From Phoronis australis (lineage: Eukaryota > Animalia > Phoronida): a stretch of DNA of 64,000 nt. The stretch is from contig NMRA01000351.1 of assembly GCA_002633005.1 (NCBI GenBank), positions 359,258 through 423,257 of the forward strand, written 5' to 3'. This document shows positions 35,901 to 47,676 of the stretch, piece after piece; the first letter of the stretch is position 1; each line of letters begins with the position of its first letter. Both the position numbers and the translations under genes were made by a program. The notes beneath the pieces are model-generated. The model did not search any database. It was given only the letters and a program-made list of their open reading frames with translations, and was not told the origin of the DNA.

Positions 35901-38900
35901 CATTCAGAGCATGAGCTCAAGGACTGCCTGAAAAAGAAAATAAAACCAAATACCAAACAGAAACTTGTCCGTTGATCATATAGCTCTTGGAAAACTGTTA
36001 CCCCGAAGAAATGTGCAAAATACGAACGTCATTTACGGAAGGTTATACCAGAAGTGATTCGTTGCAGTGGAGCCGCCACGGGATAGTAAAAACGCTGTGA
36101 TGTGCAATAGTTAGCTGAATGGAAAGCTGAAGCGGAAAAATTCAGAACACANNNNNNNNNNNNNNNNNNNNNNNNNNNNNNNNNNNNNNNNNNNNNNNNN
36201 NNNNNNNNNNNNNNNNNNNNNNNNNNNNNNNNNNNNNNNNNNNNNNNNNNNNNNNNNNNNNNNNNNNNNNNNNNNNNNNNNNNNNNNNNCTTTTGAAGTG
36301 CTTTCATTGTACTATTTGTTTACAGCCGAGTGCAGTGTGATGAGTATACCCAACAGGTGTCTCCCTTTGGGGCACTTTCATTGTATTATTTGCTTACCGG
36401 CAACCCAGTGCAGTGTGATAGGTATACCCAACAGGTGTCCCCTTTTGGAGTGCTTTCATTGTATTACTTATTTACCGGCAGCCGAGTGCACTGTGGTGGG
36501 TGTACCCAACAGGTGTCTCCCTTTTGGAATGCTTTCATTGTATTACTTGCTTATAGCCGAGTGCACTGTGATGGGTATACCGAACATCTCCACCAACCTG
36601 TCAGGATTTGGCTGCTTTATGGCTGAACATATTCTTGATCCGACGTCATACGGCATCTATATCATTGACCGGAGATTTAAGAGTCCAGAGGAATCAGTGC
36701 AGCAACTAGCCCAGGTAATTATTCATGGAAGGAGTGTTATACAAGCTATCCTACTCGAACAACGTGGTGGTCCCACTCATAACCAGTTCCTTCCCTTTCA
36801 AAACATGGCACATGGACTTGGTAAACTTGAGTAGTTCACCAACTCACAAACTCGACCCACCGGCCAACAACCATGGTGCTCTTCTCACAGAACATAGGTT
36901 TCGCACCACAAAATGTTGCCTGGACCATATCACCATTTCTACATCCGTGTACTGTGTGGAGTGGTTTGTGAGCCGTGTTTGTTAATTCAAACACAATTTG
37001 TTTGAGTGCATGTGGTGTATTTTGTGACTCCTGCACTGTTTGGCAGTTACTGAGCCGTAATGTTGAGTGGGTGAATTGAGTTTATCCGAGACCCTGAGCC
37101 ATGTTTATACTAAAGGAACTAATTTATATTTCTGATTGTGGCTGTTATGTCTTCGAGATAGACTGTTATGTGTGCGTGAAATGTTCGTGCATATTTTTCG
37201 CCTATGTCTCTTCTACTGAAGTGCTATGTGTTCTCTTCTTCTCTTCAGCTCGTGTTCAGAAACAAGTCACATAGGCTAAATCATTCATAGAAAAGAACTC
37301 TTATCTTGTGGCTTAAAGTCTGATGGTGCCCACGGCTTCATGTCAACAGATTTGGCTCAGATGATGTTGAACTGATTGTTGAATTACATAACTCTTGGTC
37401 TTAACAAGTTATTTCTAGAGAGCAATTTATCCCCCTTGTTGATGTGCACTAAGCTACAGTACAAGACAAAAGTAATAACATAAAATACCGTTTCTACGTC
37501 ACGACGGCTAATTCTGTTACGATAATGGGTGGATATAACATGCTGGCATTTTGAGAACCCGTTTTCTCCACTGAGTAATGGGCATCAATGAAACTAGTTC
37601 TCAAAATACGGGCACGTTATATCCAACTATTGCCTCCACAGCAAAAGTGACTGGTAATAACTGTACAGGTGGCAAAATTATTAGCATGAAGTGTCATAGC
37701 CACCCTATTAACTTTCCTTTGCTTGCTAACTTCATTCGAAGAGATGAGGGATGACAAGTCTGACGATGAATTTGGCTTCTTCCCGGATGACATGGTGGGG
37801 AATTTAGGGTCATTTTTGGCTTGTACTGCATGTAGTTTTTAAACTAAGTGATAAAATTTCCTTTCAGTGGGATTTGATCCAAGATCAAGATGCTGTTGTT
37901 TTCACATCTGAGTTAAAGTTTAGTGTTACGTTATGTGCTTAATAAGTTCTGTGTTTATTTTGCAGTACATGTACGATTTTACGTGTTTGAATCGACGTCA
38001 GAGAATAATTCAACGAAACAGAACTGAGAGACTCAGTGAGTTACTGGACTGGCGAAATCTTGGCGTGGTATGTGCTGTAAATTTATTATTGATAACAAAC
38101 TCTTGGAATTGTCAACAGAAGAAAACTAAATTGGAGTTGACCGATTGATTATCAGTCACGTTATTTGATAGGGTTCAATAATCCTCAGTTATCCTCACTT
38201 TAAACGAGTTATTTCTTGCCTGCCTCTCTATTTAAGTGGACATGCTGGACAAGAAAAGTAACTTTTGAGAAATTAGCAGTGCGTACTTGTACCACAATAT
38301 TAGCAGAGTGCTCTACCACTGAGCCAAATGCCACACGTTAAATATCTATCAATACCTCGGTTTCAGCCAACGTCTGGTAGACAACTGCAAGAATTGGCTA
38401 TAAAAGTCACAAAGGATTTTGATATCTCTGTCTAACCCATCCAACAATAATACCAAAGATGCGTTTTCAGATTCAAATTATGTACTGCAGTTGTCTTCAT
38501 TTTATATTTAAGGCTGAGTTTCTATTGTAATGTCTGTCAAAAAGCATTTTAAACTTCTTGCTAATAAGTGAACACTAAATAAATGATCCAATGGTTTAAT
38601 TGTTTGTGTTGCAGTATTACCGACGTGCCAGGAGTGTAGCACTGCAGAAGTTCAAGCCTGACTTGTTTCAAGATCATGACGATTATGATGTGAGTTGAAT
38701 GTTGTTTTTAAAATTTACATTTTCTGCCTCTAAGCAGTATATTTCAAAACGCACCAGATAAACTACTGCCCCCCACTTATTTCAGTGATCTGCTGCCCAT
38801 GACCTAGTACAGGTGAAAATTCAAGCCAAAACCCAATTAAATTTGTGAACTGAACCCTAGTTTCAATTGTCCCATTCCCTGCCAACACAATAGAGAGCCA

Positions 38901-40066
38901 TCTAGCTGGGCTGTGAACAGTCAACAGGCACCTGCAGTTTTATGATAATGAGGTGTCATAAAGGATTATTGAGTGACATAGTTGACCAAGCTGCCCAAGC
39001 AGTTGGACTGCATTCAATGGGCTATTGTGTTCCCATTAGCAAACTCAACCCTGGGACCATCATCCCATTTTCAATTTTTACCAGGACTGTGTTCCTCATG
39101 GTTAATTCTGTTAACAGCAAAGGTCTGACTGGTAATAACAATTACAGGGGCAAAATTCAAATTACACAAGGGCTTAATCCAACTTACTAAATTTCCTGTC
39201 ATTTCCTTGTTTCATCCTCGGTCTTGAGGGAAGACTTCTCTTGAAGGTGAATATCACTTCCACCCCTCCATCATGACACAACATTCTGGGTCATTTTGTC
39301 TGCATCCTTTGATGATTATGTAATGGTGTGTCAACCTAGAACACTTCCAGTAATGTTTGAATTTAGATGGAGATAGCCCCATTCATTTTGTTTCTAGGAA
39401 AACCTGGATATTAACAAAAATCTTTCATGCCTGCAAAAATGATGGAAACCGGTGTAAAATTTCATAATTTAGATGAATTAAAAATCCTCATTTTGTAAGT
39501 GCTGTGGTGAGTTCATACAATCATCCGGCTGTGCTCAATAACAGCCTAGTGCTTAAAATACAGCACTCATCAAAGTAATTGGACATAATGACCTGAAATT
39601 CACCTTACTTTTTACACTTGGAATTCATCAACATTGATTAAGAATGATGGTGAAAGTAGTCAAACACGAGGATATACGAGACAGAGTACAGCTAGAATGG
39701 GTCATGATGGATGATCACACTTGTTTTTTGCCAAAGTGAAATAAGATGTGATGACGAAGAAACAGGAATCTGTCTCTTTAATTTTGTTGTTTATTGTAGG
39801 TTGAGTAAATCAATCAAGTCACGTAATGAGTGCAGTAATTCGTCATTACTTTCGAGTTAGCTTTCACAGATGATCTGTGTCTATTGAGTGATCGTGTTGG
39901 TTTATTTCAGAGCAAGAGTATGACGTTCTCCAGGCCTGTGTCTGAGCCCTCCTCACCCTCGGCGTCACGCTCAAGCACGCCTGTTCCGTCTGCAGCTAGC
40001 AACTCGGCAGATGAGGATGATGAAGATGAAGTGGAGGAATATGAATTAAAGTTTAGCAACAGTTGA
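20803..40066 (+). CDS. GYS: glycogen [starch] synthase (GT3 family), 15 coding exons, 689 aa
   Basis: Exons 20803-20950, 25696-25877, 26511-26702, 27067-27252, 27602-27746, 28812-28929, 29533-29653, 30228-30394, 30742-30820, 31651-31764, 32413-32539, 33260-33417 (or copy 36557-36714), 37966-38067, 38615-38689, 39911-40066 = 2070 nt. Hallmarks: [68 protein letters not shown]-terminal SxxxS phosphorylation relay. Confidence 0.97.
21230..21440. repeat. degenerate ~20-bp minisatellite (tagctggctgcagttacagg)
   Basis: about 9 copies in GYS intron 1. Confidence 0.8.
22076..22248. repeat. 42-bp tandem repeat x4
   Basis: agtcaggtgagcaacatattgcagagcttggtacacaagcct; period 42 (22159, 22201). Confidence 0.95.
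23438..23850. mobile_element. Kolobok-like MITE (diverged sibling of 40389-41394)
   Basis: starts ggtcatgtggaatcc, ends gatccacatct|ttaa; shares internal motifs (aatgtacctt...tttactaaa...tggtcatgtgac) with the 40.4-kb copy. Confidence 0.6.
25696..25877 (+). CDS. GYS: GYS exon 2
   Basis: [12 protein letters not shown]...MRDHGIR|gtgag. Confidence 0.96.
26511..26702 (+). CDS. GYS: GYS exon 3
   Basis: [18 protein letters not shown]...WFIGQ|gtaagt. Confidence 0.96.
27067..27252 (+). CDS. GYS: GYS exon 4
   Basis: AHFHEWLAG...[15 protein letters not shown]...NLEH|gtgag. Confidence 0.96.
27602..27746 (+). CDS. GYS: GYS exon 5
   Basis: [33 protein letters not shown]...RDP|gtactc. Confidence 0.95.
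27738..28190 (+). repeat. ~50-bp tandem array, each unit containing the GYS exon 5 donor (gagacccag|gtactc)
   Basis: GT at 27747, 27797, 27847, 27896, 27946, 27996, 28042, 28091, 28136. Confidence 0.95.
28812..28929 (+). CDS. GYS: GYS exon 6
   Basis: DVITPNGLN...HEFQNLHA...VRGHFHG|gtagg. Confidence 0.96.
29533..29653 (+). CDS. GYS: GYS exon 7
   Basis: [40 protein letters not shown]|gtgaat. Confidence 0.96.
30228..30394 (+). CDS. GYS: GYS exon 8
   Basis: [24 protein letters not shown]...|gtaaga. Confidence 0.95.
30742..30820 (+). CDS. GYS: GYS exon 9
   Basis: ctgcag|[26 protein letters not shown]|gtgaaa. Confidence 0.93.
31339..31652 (+). repeat. 62-bp tandem array x5, each unit ending in the GYS exon 10 acceptor (ctgttttcag|ag)
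   Basis: units start 31339, 31401, 31463, 31525, 31587; near-identical. Confidence 0.97.
31651..31764 (+). CDS. GYS: GYS exon 10
   Basis: [38 protein letters not shown]|gtgagt. Confidence 0.95.
32413..32539 (+). CDS. GYS: GYS exon 11
   Basis: IIFHPEFL...[25 protein letters not shown]|gtgagt. Confidence 0.97.
32993..33290 (+). repeat. 75-78-bp tandem array of GYS exon 12 acceptor plus first 10 codons (also at 36290-36587)
   Basis: 4 units of gtgctttcattgta..ttta..(c)ag|ccgagtgcactgtgatgggtatacccaac. Confidence 0.92.
33260..33417 (+). CDS. GYS: GYS exon 12, copy A
   Basis: ttatag|[22 protein letters not shown]...[22 protein letters not shown]|gtaatt. Confidence 0.85.
34238..36151. mobile_element. 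probable DNA-transposon insertion present only in copy A
   Basis: similarity to copy B breaks after ggatata; the insert begins cagcacac followed by clustered gccgacc/ggtcgg subterminal repeats; the far end is lost in the gap. Confidence 0.5.
36152..36289. other. assembly gap (N run)
   Basis: 138 N. Confidence 1.
36557..36714 (+). CDS. GYS: GYS exon 12, copy B (same peptide, two synonymous differences)
   Basis: near-identical to 33260-33417 at offset 3297; lies just after an N gap. Confidence 0.8.
37525..37630. repeat. imperfect palindrome / MITE remnant
   Basis: ggatataacatgctggcattttgagaac ... gttctcaaaatacgggcacgttatatcc. Confidence 0.7.
37966..38067 (+). CDS. GYS: GYS exon 13 (Arg-rich regulatory helix)
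   Basis: [34 protein letters not shown]|gtatgt. Confidence 0.96.
38615..38689 (+). CDS. GYS: GYS exon 14
   Basis: ttgcag|[25 protein letters not shown]|gtgagt. Confidence 0.9.
39911..40066 (+). CDS. GYS: GYS terminal exon 15 (GSK3/CK2-type phosphorylation sites)
   Basis: tttcag|[51 protein letters not shown]. Confidence 0.9.
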   Translation, partial: SKSMTFSRPVSEPSSPSASRSSTPVPSAASNSADEDDEDEVEEYELKFSNS

Positions 40067-40388
40067 ATACTTCATTATCTCTGGATCTGCAGATAGTCAT
40101 AGCTTGGGTTGAAGAACAAATCAGATTGCTGCTCTTTAAAATTGCTTATTAGTGCTTGTGAAAGCAGGTTGTAGGAACTCTGTCCCTGATATTCTGAAGT
40201 ACATACAGTGTCCAATCAGAATCCACTTTTGTTCAAAGACTTTACATTTCCCACTCGGCATAGTTTTGAAAATCACGCAATGAGCTGGTACTCTGATGAA
40301 GTTGTTTAAAAATTGCCCTTGTCATGATGAATCAGTTTCTACCATTGAAAAGAATAGACCTGTGATGTTTTTGGACACTGTTCTTTAA

Positions 40389-41394
40389 GGTTATGTAGGA
40401 CCCTAGAAAAAATGGCCAAATTTGGCTAACTTTGGAACTTCATATTTCAAAAACGGCTGATCAGATTTGTATGAAACTTTGAGATACAATGGTTTATGTA
40501 CTGCAGCTGTACAAAGTGCTTTTAGGAATTGTCTTTCAATGTTCCATTTTTGCTTGAGAGGCTATTGAAAAGTACTGTATGACTCAAGATTTTTATGAAG
40601 AAATAAATTTTGCACGAAACAAAAACATAATTTAGAAAACTGTTTTAGTGGTTTTGAGATTTTGTGTTGGAACATTTTATGAACTGAAATTAGGTCCTAT
40701 TGTTCTACTATGAATGTACCTTAGTTTCTTTTTTGCTAACTTTACTAAAAACACATGGTCATGTGACGTGAATCACTGACGATTGGTATCAGGGCTTGGG
40801 ATTTTCCGCGGAAACGCAGATTTCCGCTTTTTTCAAATGTGCTTTCCGCTTTTTATAATATTTCCGCGTAAAAAAATCGGATTTGATATAAAATTTCGGC
40901 GGCAAATTCCTTTGTTACCGCGGCGTTGCAGATGACGTTCACCTCGAAAAGCGGAAGTTGCTCTTTATGTTTCGGAGGAACGTAAATTGTCAACATTGCC
41001 GGGGCATCAGCGTGGTGGGATTTTCAATGGCGTCTCGTGTTATTGTTAAGCGCGGTGACAAATACTACCGCTCTGCAGCCAAAAATGTGTGGGTTGGGAG
41101 TGGACGGGCGAGCTAAAAGGACGCAGACGCGTGCTACTGATGGTGGTAACTTTTTTTTTTATCTTGTCGGGGAAAGGTTCACATTGACCATTTCAAGGCT
41201 GGTTATCAGGGGCATGATTTGGGCCGTAAAAGTTTCAAAGTTTCCGCGTTTTTTGTCATTGGTCATTCCAAGCCCTGTGGTATGAAGACCAAAATCGAGT
41301 TTTGTAATCTTTGTAGTTTTAGAAAAGTTTACTTTCTTTGACTTGAAATCTATAGTATGTAGATATGTGGCTAAATACATGGTCCCACATAACC
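40389..41394. mobile_element. Kolobok-like MITE (TTAA target) interrupted by a nested element
   Basis: ttaa|ggttatgtaggacc ... ggtcccacataacc|ttat. Confidence 0.75.
40790..41277. mobile_element. hAT-like MITE with 6-bp TSD
   Basis: TIR cagggcttgg / ccaagccctg; TGGTAT duplicated (40784-40789, 41278-41283); internal tttccgc repeats. Confidence 0.8.
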
Positions 41395-44300
41395 TTATTT
41401 GGCGATGCCTTGAATGATTTGTTTGAGGATGGAAACCACTCTCTTTCATGTGGTGGAATAATTTGATGCACATTTTTTGTGACGGAGTAACTAGTTTATA
41501 ATTGCATTGTGGATGAGGAAATGGATCTACTGCTTGTGTACAGGAGTTGGATGCATGTCGTGTCTGTATTAGTGTTTTAGTTTGAGGTCGAAGAATTTCA
41601 TTAAACCGCCGGCCATAAGAGCTTTAGATACGTTGATGAAATATTTCACTCAGTGGAAACTTTGTCAAAGGCAGTCTCTTGTTTATTTTGAAGGCATCAT
41701 TGCTACAAACTATCAAGAGGCATTATGTGATAATTTTTAGCCCATTATATTGTTATATTGTAAAAATTGATCCTAGCACATAGCATTTTAGTTACTCAAG
41801 TGGACTATGGCATTGCTTTAATTGTTGTTAGTGGCATGTCCCAGTGAAATAGGCTACTCACCATAGAACACAACAATCGATTGGGTATTGAAAATGGCTG
41901 TACAGCATATGTCTCATGAAGTCTGCAAATATTCAATGGGCCTTGAGGCCTGTCCCAGTGACGTAGCAACACACCAACCCAGCCAGCGTGGTATTTGAAG
42001 TGCTTTTGTCTCGTAGAATTTGTAAAATGTAATTGACTTTTTGTGTAAATTAACGTTAATTTACTCATTAGCTTGTGCTGTTTCACTGTTCTGGGCTCTT
42101 TGGAACAAGTTGCATAAATTATGTAAATAAGTACAAAAAATCTATGAACATGGATCAGTTTCAAAGTTTAATTCACCAAACTGGTTGTTATTTTTTGTAT
42201 AATCAAGTTTTCATTTATTCAACAATTCTTTATACTGTGTAACGTTAAGGTTTAGGTGGTTTTTCTTTTCCGGACAACGATTTTGAGGTGTAAATCAAAA
42301 TGATACCAAACCAAGCCTATTAACGGATTGGACTTTGCTACTGAAGTGAATCTTCATAATTTTGGAGCAACGAACTCGCCTAAATAGGGTTTAGTATCTT
42401 TTTAAGTGGGCAGTTCATTTACTGGCCATCAGAGGTTATATCAAGGTCAATTCTATCACTTGTGCTCTGAATACTTGTGGGTGTCAACAGAGGGCATACC
42501 GGTTGTGGAGTCAGTGAAGCTCACCCTACGAGGTGTATGCCAAACTCTTGTCACATCTTGTGTAGTCATAATGCTGAGTTATCCAACATGAAACATGGAG
42601 CGAGGACATTAAATACTTTTCCCTTTCCATGCTTTCGCCACCAGTTATATGTGTCTAGTATCTCTGGTGTCGCAACAGTGATGAGTACTGACGTTTTAAA
42701 AACTTTTGACCCGGCTTTCTGTTTTGAAGAAATCCCAAAAATGTTTTCACTCAGGTATGAAACCCTGAGTGAGACCTTTACTCGTCCCCAAATTTTCCGT
42801 TAGGTGAGTTGTTGAATAGGTCGTGAGTGACAAATACATGTAATGCATGATCGCAATATATTTTTTTTAGTCTATCCTCGTCATGTCCTTTATGGGCATT
42901 TTATATCAGTGCAGAACGTGTTCTTGGGTCACTCTTCTGCAACTGGGTGGTCAAGCGAAAAGCGAGCCGGAACAAATAGTGCGACTCGCCTAGCGTCCCT
43001 TATTGGCATCAAAATAACATCCACGCTTCGATATAACAGTTTAATATATGTACCTGTGTGTGTTCTTCTTAGTACACCTGTACTTTACACTGCCAGTTAT
43101 ATTGTATTAGCTTTATCATCCTGGAATAGGAGTCGCATCATTGTGAATTATCTTCAGAATATATATTTTTGGTTTCTGCTCGCATAGCAGTTAATATGCT
43201 TTTCTGCATAAGCTTGCACTGCGCTTGTTTTGTTTGAATTTCGAATAGTAATTCTACTGTTAAAGAGCAGTTATTATTGTGAATTAATTTACTAATAAAT
43301 CTAGAAGTTCTGTTGCTGATATTTAGTTGCTTTGTTATTGTGTTGTCAGTAAATGTCTGTTTTATATGGAATAAGTTTGCACGCGTGTGTTGCTCTACTT
43401 TGAAGCCCTTTACGGTACAAAAACATCATGAATATATAACAGAAATTACATGAAAATGTAACTACATGTACATGTGAGGAGTCAAAAGTTGAAATTTTAG
43501 AATTGGTAATTTATAAAGGCGTACTATCACATAATACACTAGTGAAAATAAACATGTCACAACCAACACTTTTATTTCTGCATTCACTATCATCTTTGTT
43601 GAAGTAAGATATACGTGTGCTACATTTAGGGTGCGTGCGCGAGGAAATGATTTCTTTTAACAACTTTGTTACGGCTCTTACTGGATGACATTTTTATCAA
43701 TGCGGTTCATTGCTGTACTCGAGAGGTCGCTCACTTTAGCAACACTAGACTTACTTTTGGATGACTTAGTGTTCGAAAAATAATCTACATGTACATAAGA
43801 TAATCCTCACTGGTAAGAAATCTGCCTTGAATGGTCACCACTTTTTGAAAATTCCATTTTGTTGCCCACGAAGTACCATAATAAGTAAAAATTTTGTCCA
43901 TTCTAAGGGCGCACTCTGGTTAACTAATTGCAGCTTCAGTGGAACAATTAGGTAACACTGGGGTCAAATGTTACCGAAAAAGGCAACCATTCTCCCTCAA
44001 ACCACTGCGTTGAAAAATGTTTTGTTTACTAATAACAACGTTTGACAATAGCAAAATTTAAAGCCGCGAGCACTATTCCGGTATAGTCTATTGCCTTGAG
44101 ACATCTTGAATTTGATTTTTATATGGTTTGATTTGCTTATTTGAAAAGACTCGGGAACAATTATAATGTAGTGAACATTTAATTAAGAAAATGAATAACT
44201 TCATAATTAAAATAGAGCCGTTTTCAACCCATTTTCTAAAGGTTCTGGACAGTGCTAATCAGACAAACTGTTTTACCTGGCGTGTTCAGCATTTTTGTTT

Positions 44301-45241
44301 TATTTTTTTGTCTCTTATCGAAAATACGTGTAACAAGCCTTTGAATTCGGTAAACATATGTACAAAACTATACTGTTAATTAAATCAGTTTTTGTCCACA
44401 ATAAGATCAAAAACCGGACGATCGCCGCACAAATAAAAAAAGTTCATGTTATCATATTTACAACAATTTAGGACAACAAGTGCCAACATACAGCTCAGGT
44501 AACATCCATAGAGTGAAGTGAGAGATACATAGAATATGGTCAGTAGCTGGTCATCACCATAGCTGCAGGGTCATATAATGTATATACTATACTATAACTA
44601 TACTGGGAATTTCTAATATATGTAGTAAGTCATTGGACGTTTATTAGGAAAATAGCTTTTATTTTTTTCACTTTGTAGTGCGCACGATGTAAGCCACAGA
44701 CCTATAAATGGAATTACACCCTCATCGACATGGAAGTTTCAGTTACGAAATTTCTTTGTATCAATAGACTGCTACGTTAGTCAAGACTTATTTTATACAT
44801 ACATGTACATAGATGCCAAAATACTTGATGACAAATTTATATCTCAAGCCGAAGTGAAACAACCAGCATGAACGTGATTATCTGTAACGCCGCTATCTAG
44901 TGGCAGCAGGGAATATCTCGACAAATTGTTTAAAGTTTATGAATAAAACAATATTTAAGCTTCCACATGCTTCGGTGTACTCACACACATCCTCAACAAG
45001 AAAACACTGGCTACCTTATGACGGTATGCGTGTGTTTACATCGAAACATGTCTAAAACATTGTGACAGACTTGTCTTCATTGAGACTATTTAGAATATTC
45101 TGTAGACTGTTTTCACTCTTTCGAATTTGTTAATGTTGTAAATTTCGACGTATAACTAAAAAGCATCAATTTGCCACTCAACTGGGTCGTTGTTGCCAAT
45201 TTATAATTACAACACAAAAAATCGTGTAGGTTAGGCCAATA

Positions 45242-45757
45242 TGAAGTGTTAACGTATTTTAGTTAGTATAGAGAGTGTTGAAGGGCACTCTGAAGTGTTA
45301 ACGGTAATTTAGTTAGTATAGAGAGTGTTGAAGGCCACTCTGAAGTGTTAACGGTAGTTAGTTAGTATAGAGAGTGTTGAAGGGCACTCTGAAGTGTTAA
45401 CGGTAGTTTAGTTAGTATAGAGAGTGTTGAAGGCCATTCTGAAGTGTTAACGGTAGTTAGTTAGTATAGAGAGTGTTGAAGGCCACTCTGAAGTGTTAAC
45501 GGTAGTTTGTTAGTATAGAGAGTGTTGAAGGCCATTCTGAAGTGTTAACGGTAGTTTAGTTAGTATAGAGAGTGCTGAAGGTCACCCTGAAGTGTTAACA
45601 TAGTTTAGTTAGTATAGAGAGTGTTGAAGGCCACCCCGTAGCGTTAAGGTAGTTTATGTACATGTAGTATACATGTAGAGGGTGCTGAAGGTCACTCTGA
45701 AGTGTTAACGGTAGTTTAGTTAGTACATGTATGTAGAGAGTGTTGAAGGCCACTCTC
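45242..45757. repeat. 50-bp minisatellite, about 10 copies
   Basis: tgaagtgttaacggtagtttagttagtatagagagtgttgaaggccactc. Confidence 0.95.
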
Positions 45758-47676
45758 CACTGTGTTCCAGATCCTCGACTTATTTATTAAGTGTTTTTTG
45801 TTTCTAAGTTTTAATTATTTACTTTCAAATTGCCACAATTTCACTCGTTCTTATCTTACTTATATTTAATTATTTACTATCAATGTTATCCTTATATTTG
45901 TCCATGTAGTGGTGCATATTTTTAGTTTAGTTTAGTTGCACTTCACTAATGCATATTAAATATACATTCGTGAAGTGCGATTATACTTGTTAAATGCAAT
46001 GGAAAAAAATGGAGAATGTATAAAACCAATGAATCCTTAAAAAGAATAAGTTAATGAATCCATAAATGGGAGGATAAACAGTGCTGTCATTCTGATGAAA
46101 TGTAACGAATTGATGACTCGTAATGTATAATTGAAGTAATTACGGATTACAATAAAACGCGGCGATTTAATGAACACGTAAAATGATACCGTCGTTTATT
46201 GCAATGCACTCGTAAAGTAGAACGAATTTATGAAATTGTTAACTGAATTGTATGATTTAAATCTGTAAAATACCAGAAATTAACGAAACATTGCATCAAT
46301 GAAATGCGACGATTTACTGAGGAGGTACATGTAAACGTTTAGAATGCAAATACATGTACAGGCATTAGCAGGTTCTGTTATTAGTGTACCCTCTGTTGCC
46401 AACCTTTAACATATGCAGTGCAGTCAAAGATTTTATAGTTCTTTGGTGCTGTATTGAATCCGAAACGAGAAAGAAGAATCAATGGCTTATGTAAAACTCG
46501 TGCAATTATTTATCATATCCGGCTTGTTCAAAATGCGTGTTAGATGTGACGTCGGTTTTGGTTTATTCCAGAGGTACATGTAGGTATTACGGTTTATGAG
46601 TTAAACTGAACTTCAAAAATCGCGAAATTGTTATGATTATACTGAGTGCCTCAGTCGGGTAGACATGCACTGATACGCCGTAAAATGTAACAATTTCGTA
46701 AAATGTAACAAGTTGTTGCATTTTATGCAATTGTTACAATTTAGGTGGAATGCATATGTGAGAAATGTACCATTGTTACATTTTAAGAAAGCGACGTCAT
46801 ATTTCATGAATTTGCAAGGTATTTGTCACACACGGAGGATAACCGTTCACACACTTAACGCCTTCTTTCTCGTCTTGTGTGAATGAAACTGTAATACATG
46901 TGCGAGGTCGACTTTTTAGATGTGTCCCTTTGTACTTTCCATGGTTTTTTGAACGTGAGTAGTTTAATAGTATAGTAAAAATGTACATCGTACAGTTTCA
47001 ACTCCACACGAAAGTATTTTCCAGGATCAGGTAACAAGTTTTTTATCGTTAAAGCGTTCTTGCATTTTTTGTTGACGCTAACAAACCAATTTTTATCCGT
47101 AATTACAGTAAATACACTTCCCTTCCTAAGAACAACAATGACATCGTATTTGGCTAATATTTATCGTATTTCTTCGGGGACGAACGACAACAACAAAATT
47201 TTTCATTGAGAATTCTATTTCGGAAGCCAATTTGATAGAAAAAACACCAGTTTTAGTCCACGATAGTTTGGTTTATTTCGGCCAGTGTTTTATTGCCTTA
47301 GAGTCATCGCTAATGCAGTAATTGCCCTGCTTCACACAAAATGAGCAAAATCAAAGTTTTTGATGCCGACAGGTGTTGTCTACCACCTTAGTTACGATTG
47401 ACGATTTCGTAAAGACATTGTGGTGGAAGGAAATAAAAACACGCGTTTGTTTGCCAGCAGGTTGACAGATTTTGCCAAAGCAACAGGAAAATATCGCCTT
47501 TGAGAAGGGTGAGCCATTAGTTCAAAAAAGTGGTGGAATAATGACGAAATGGATATCATTGTTCCTATGATGTCAAACTTGCCTGAAATAGCGGTGGTAA
47601 CAACAGGTTAAACCGTTACGTGTAAACGTAAAAATAGGATGCCTAGTACTCTGAAGGGACATTTTGCTCAAACCTG

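Larger units (their letters stand above)
32993..37537. repeat. ~1.25-kb near-identical duplication (32993-34237 vs 36290-37537), probably uncollapsed haplotypes
   Basis: collinear alignment with scattered SNPs; copy B begins exactly at an N gap. Confidence 0.85.
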
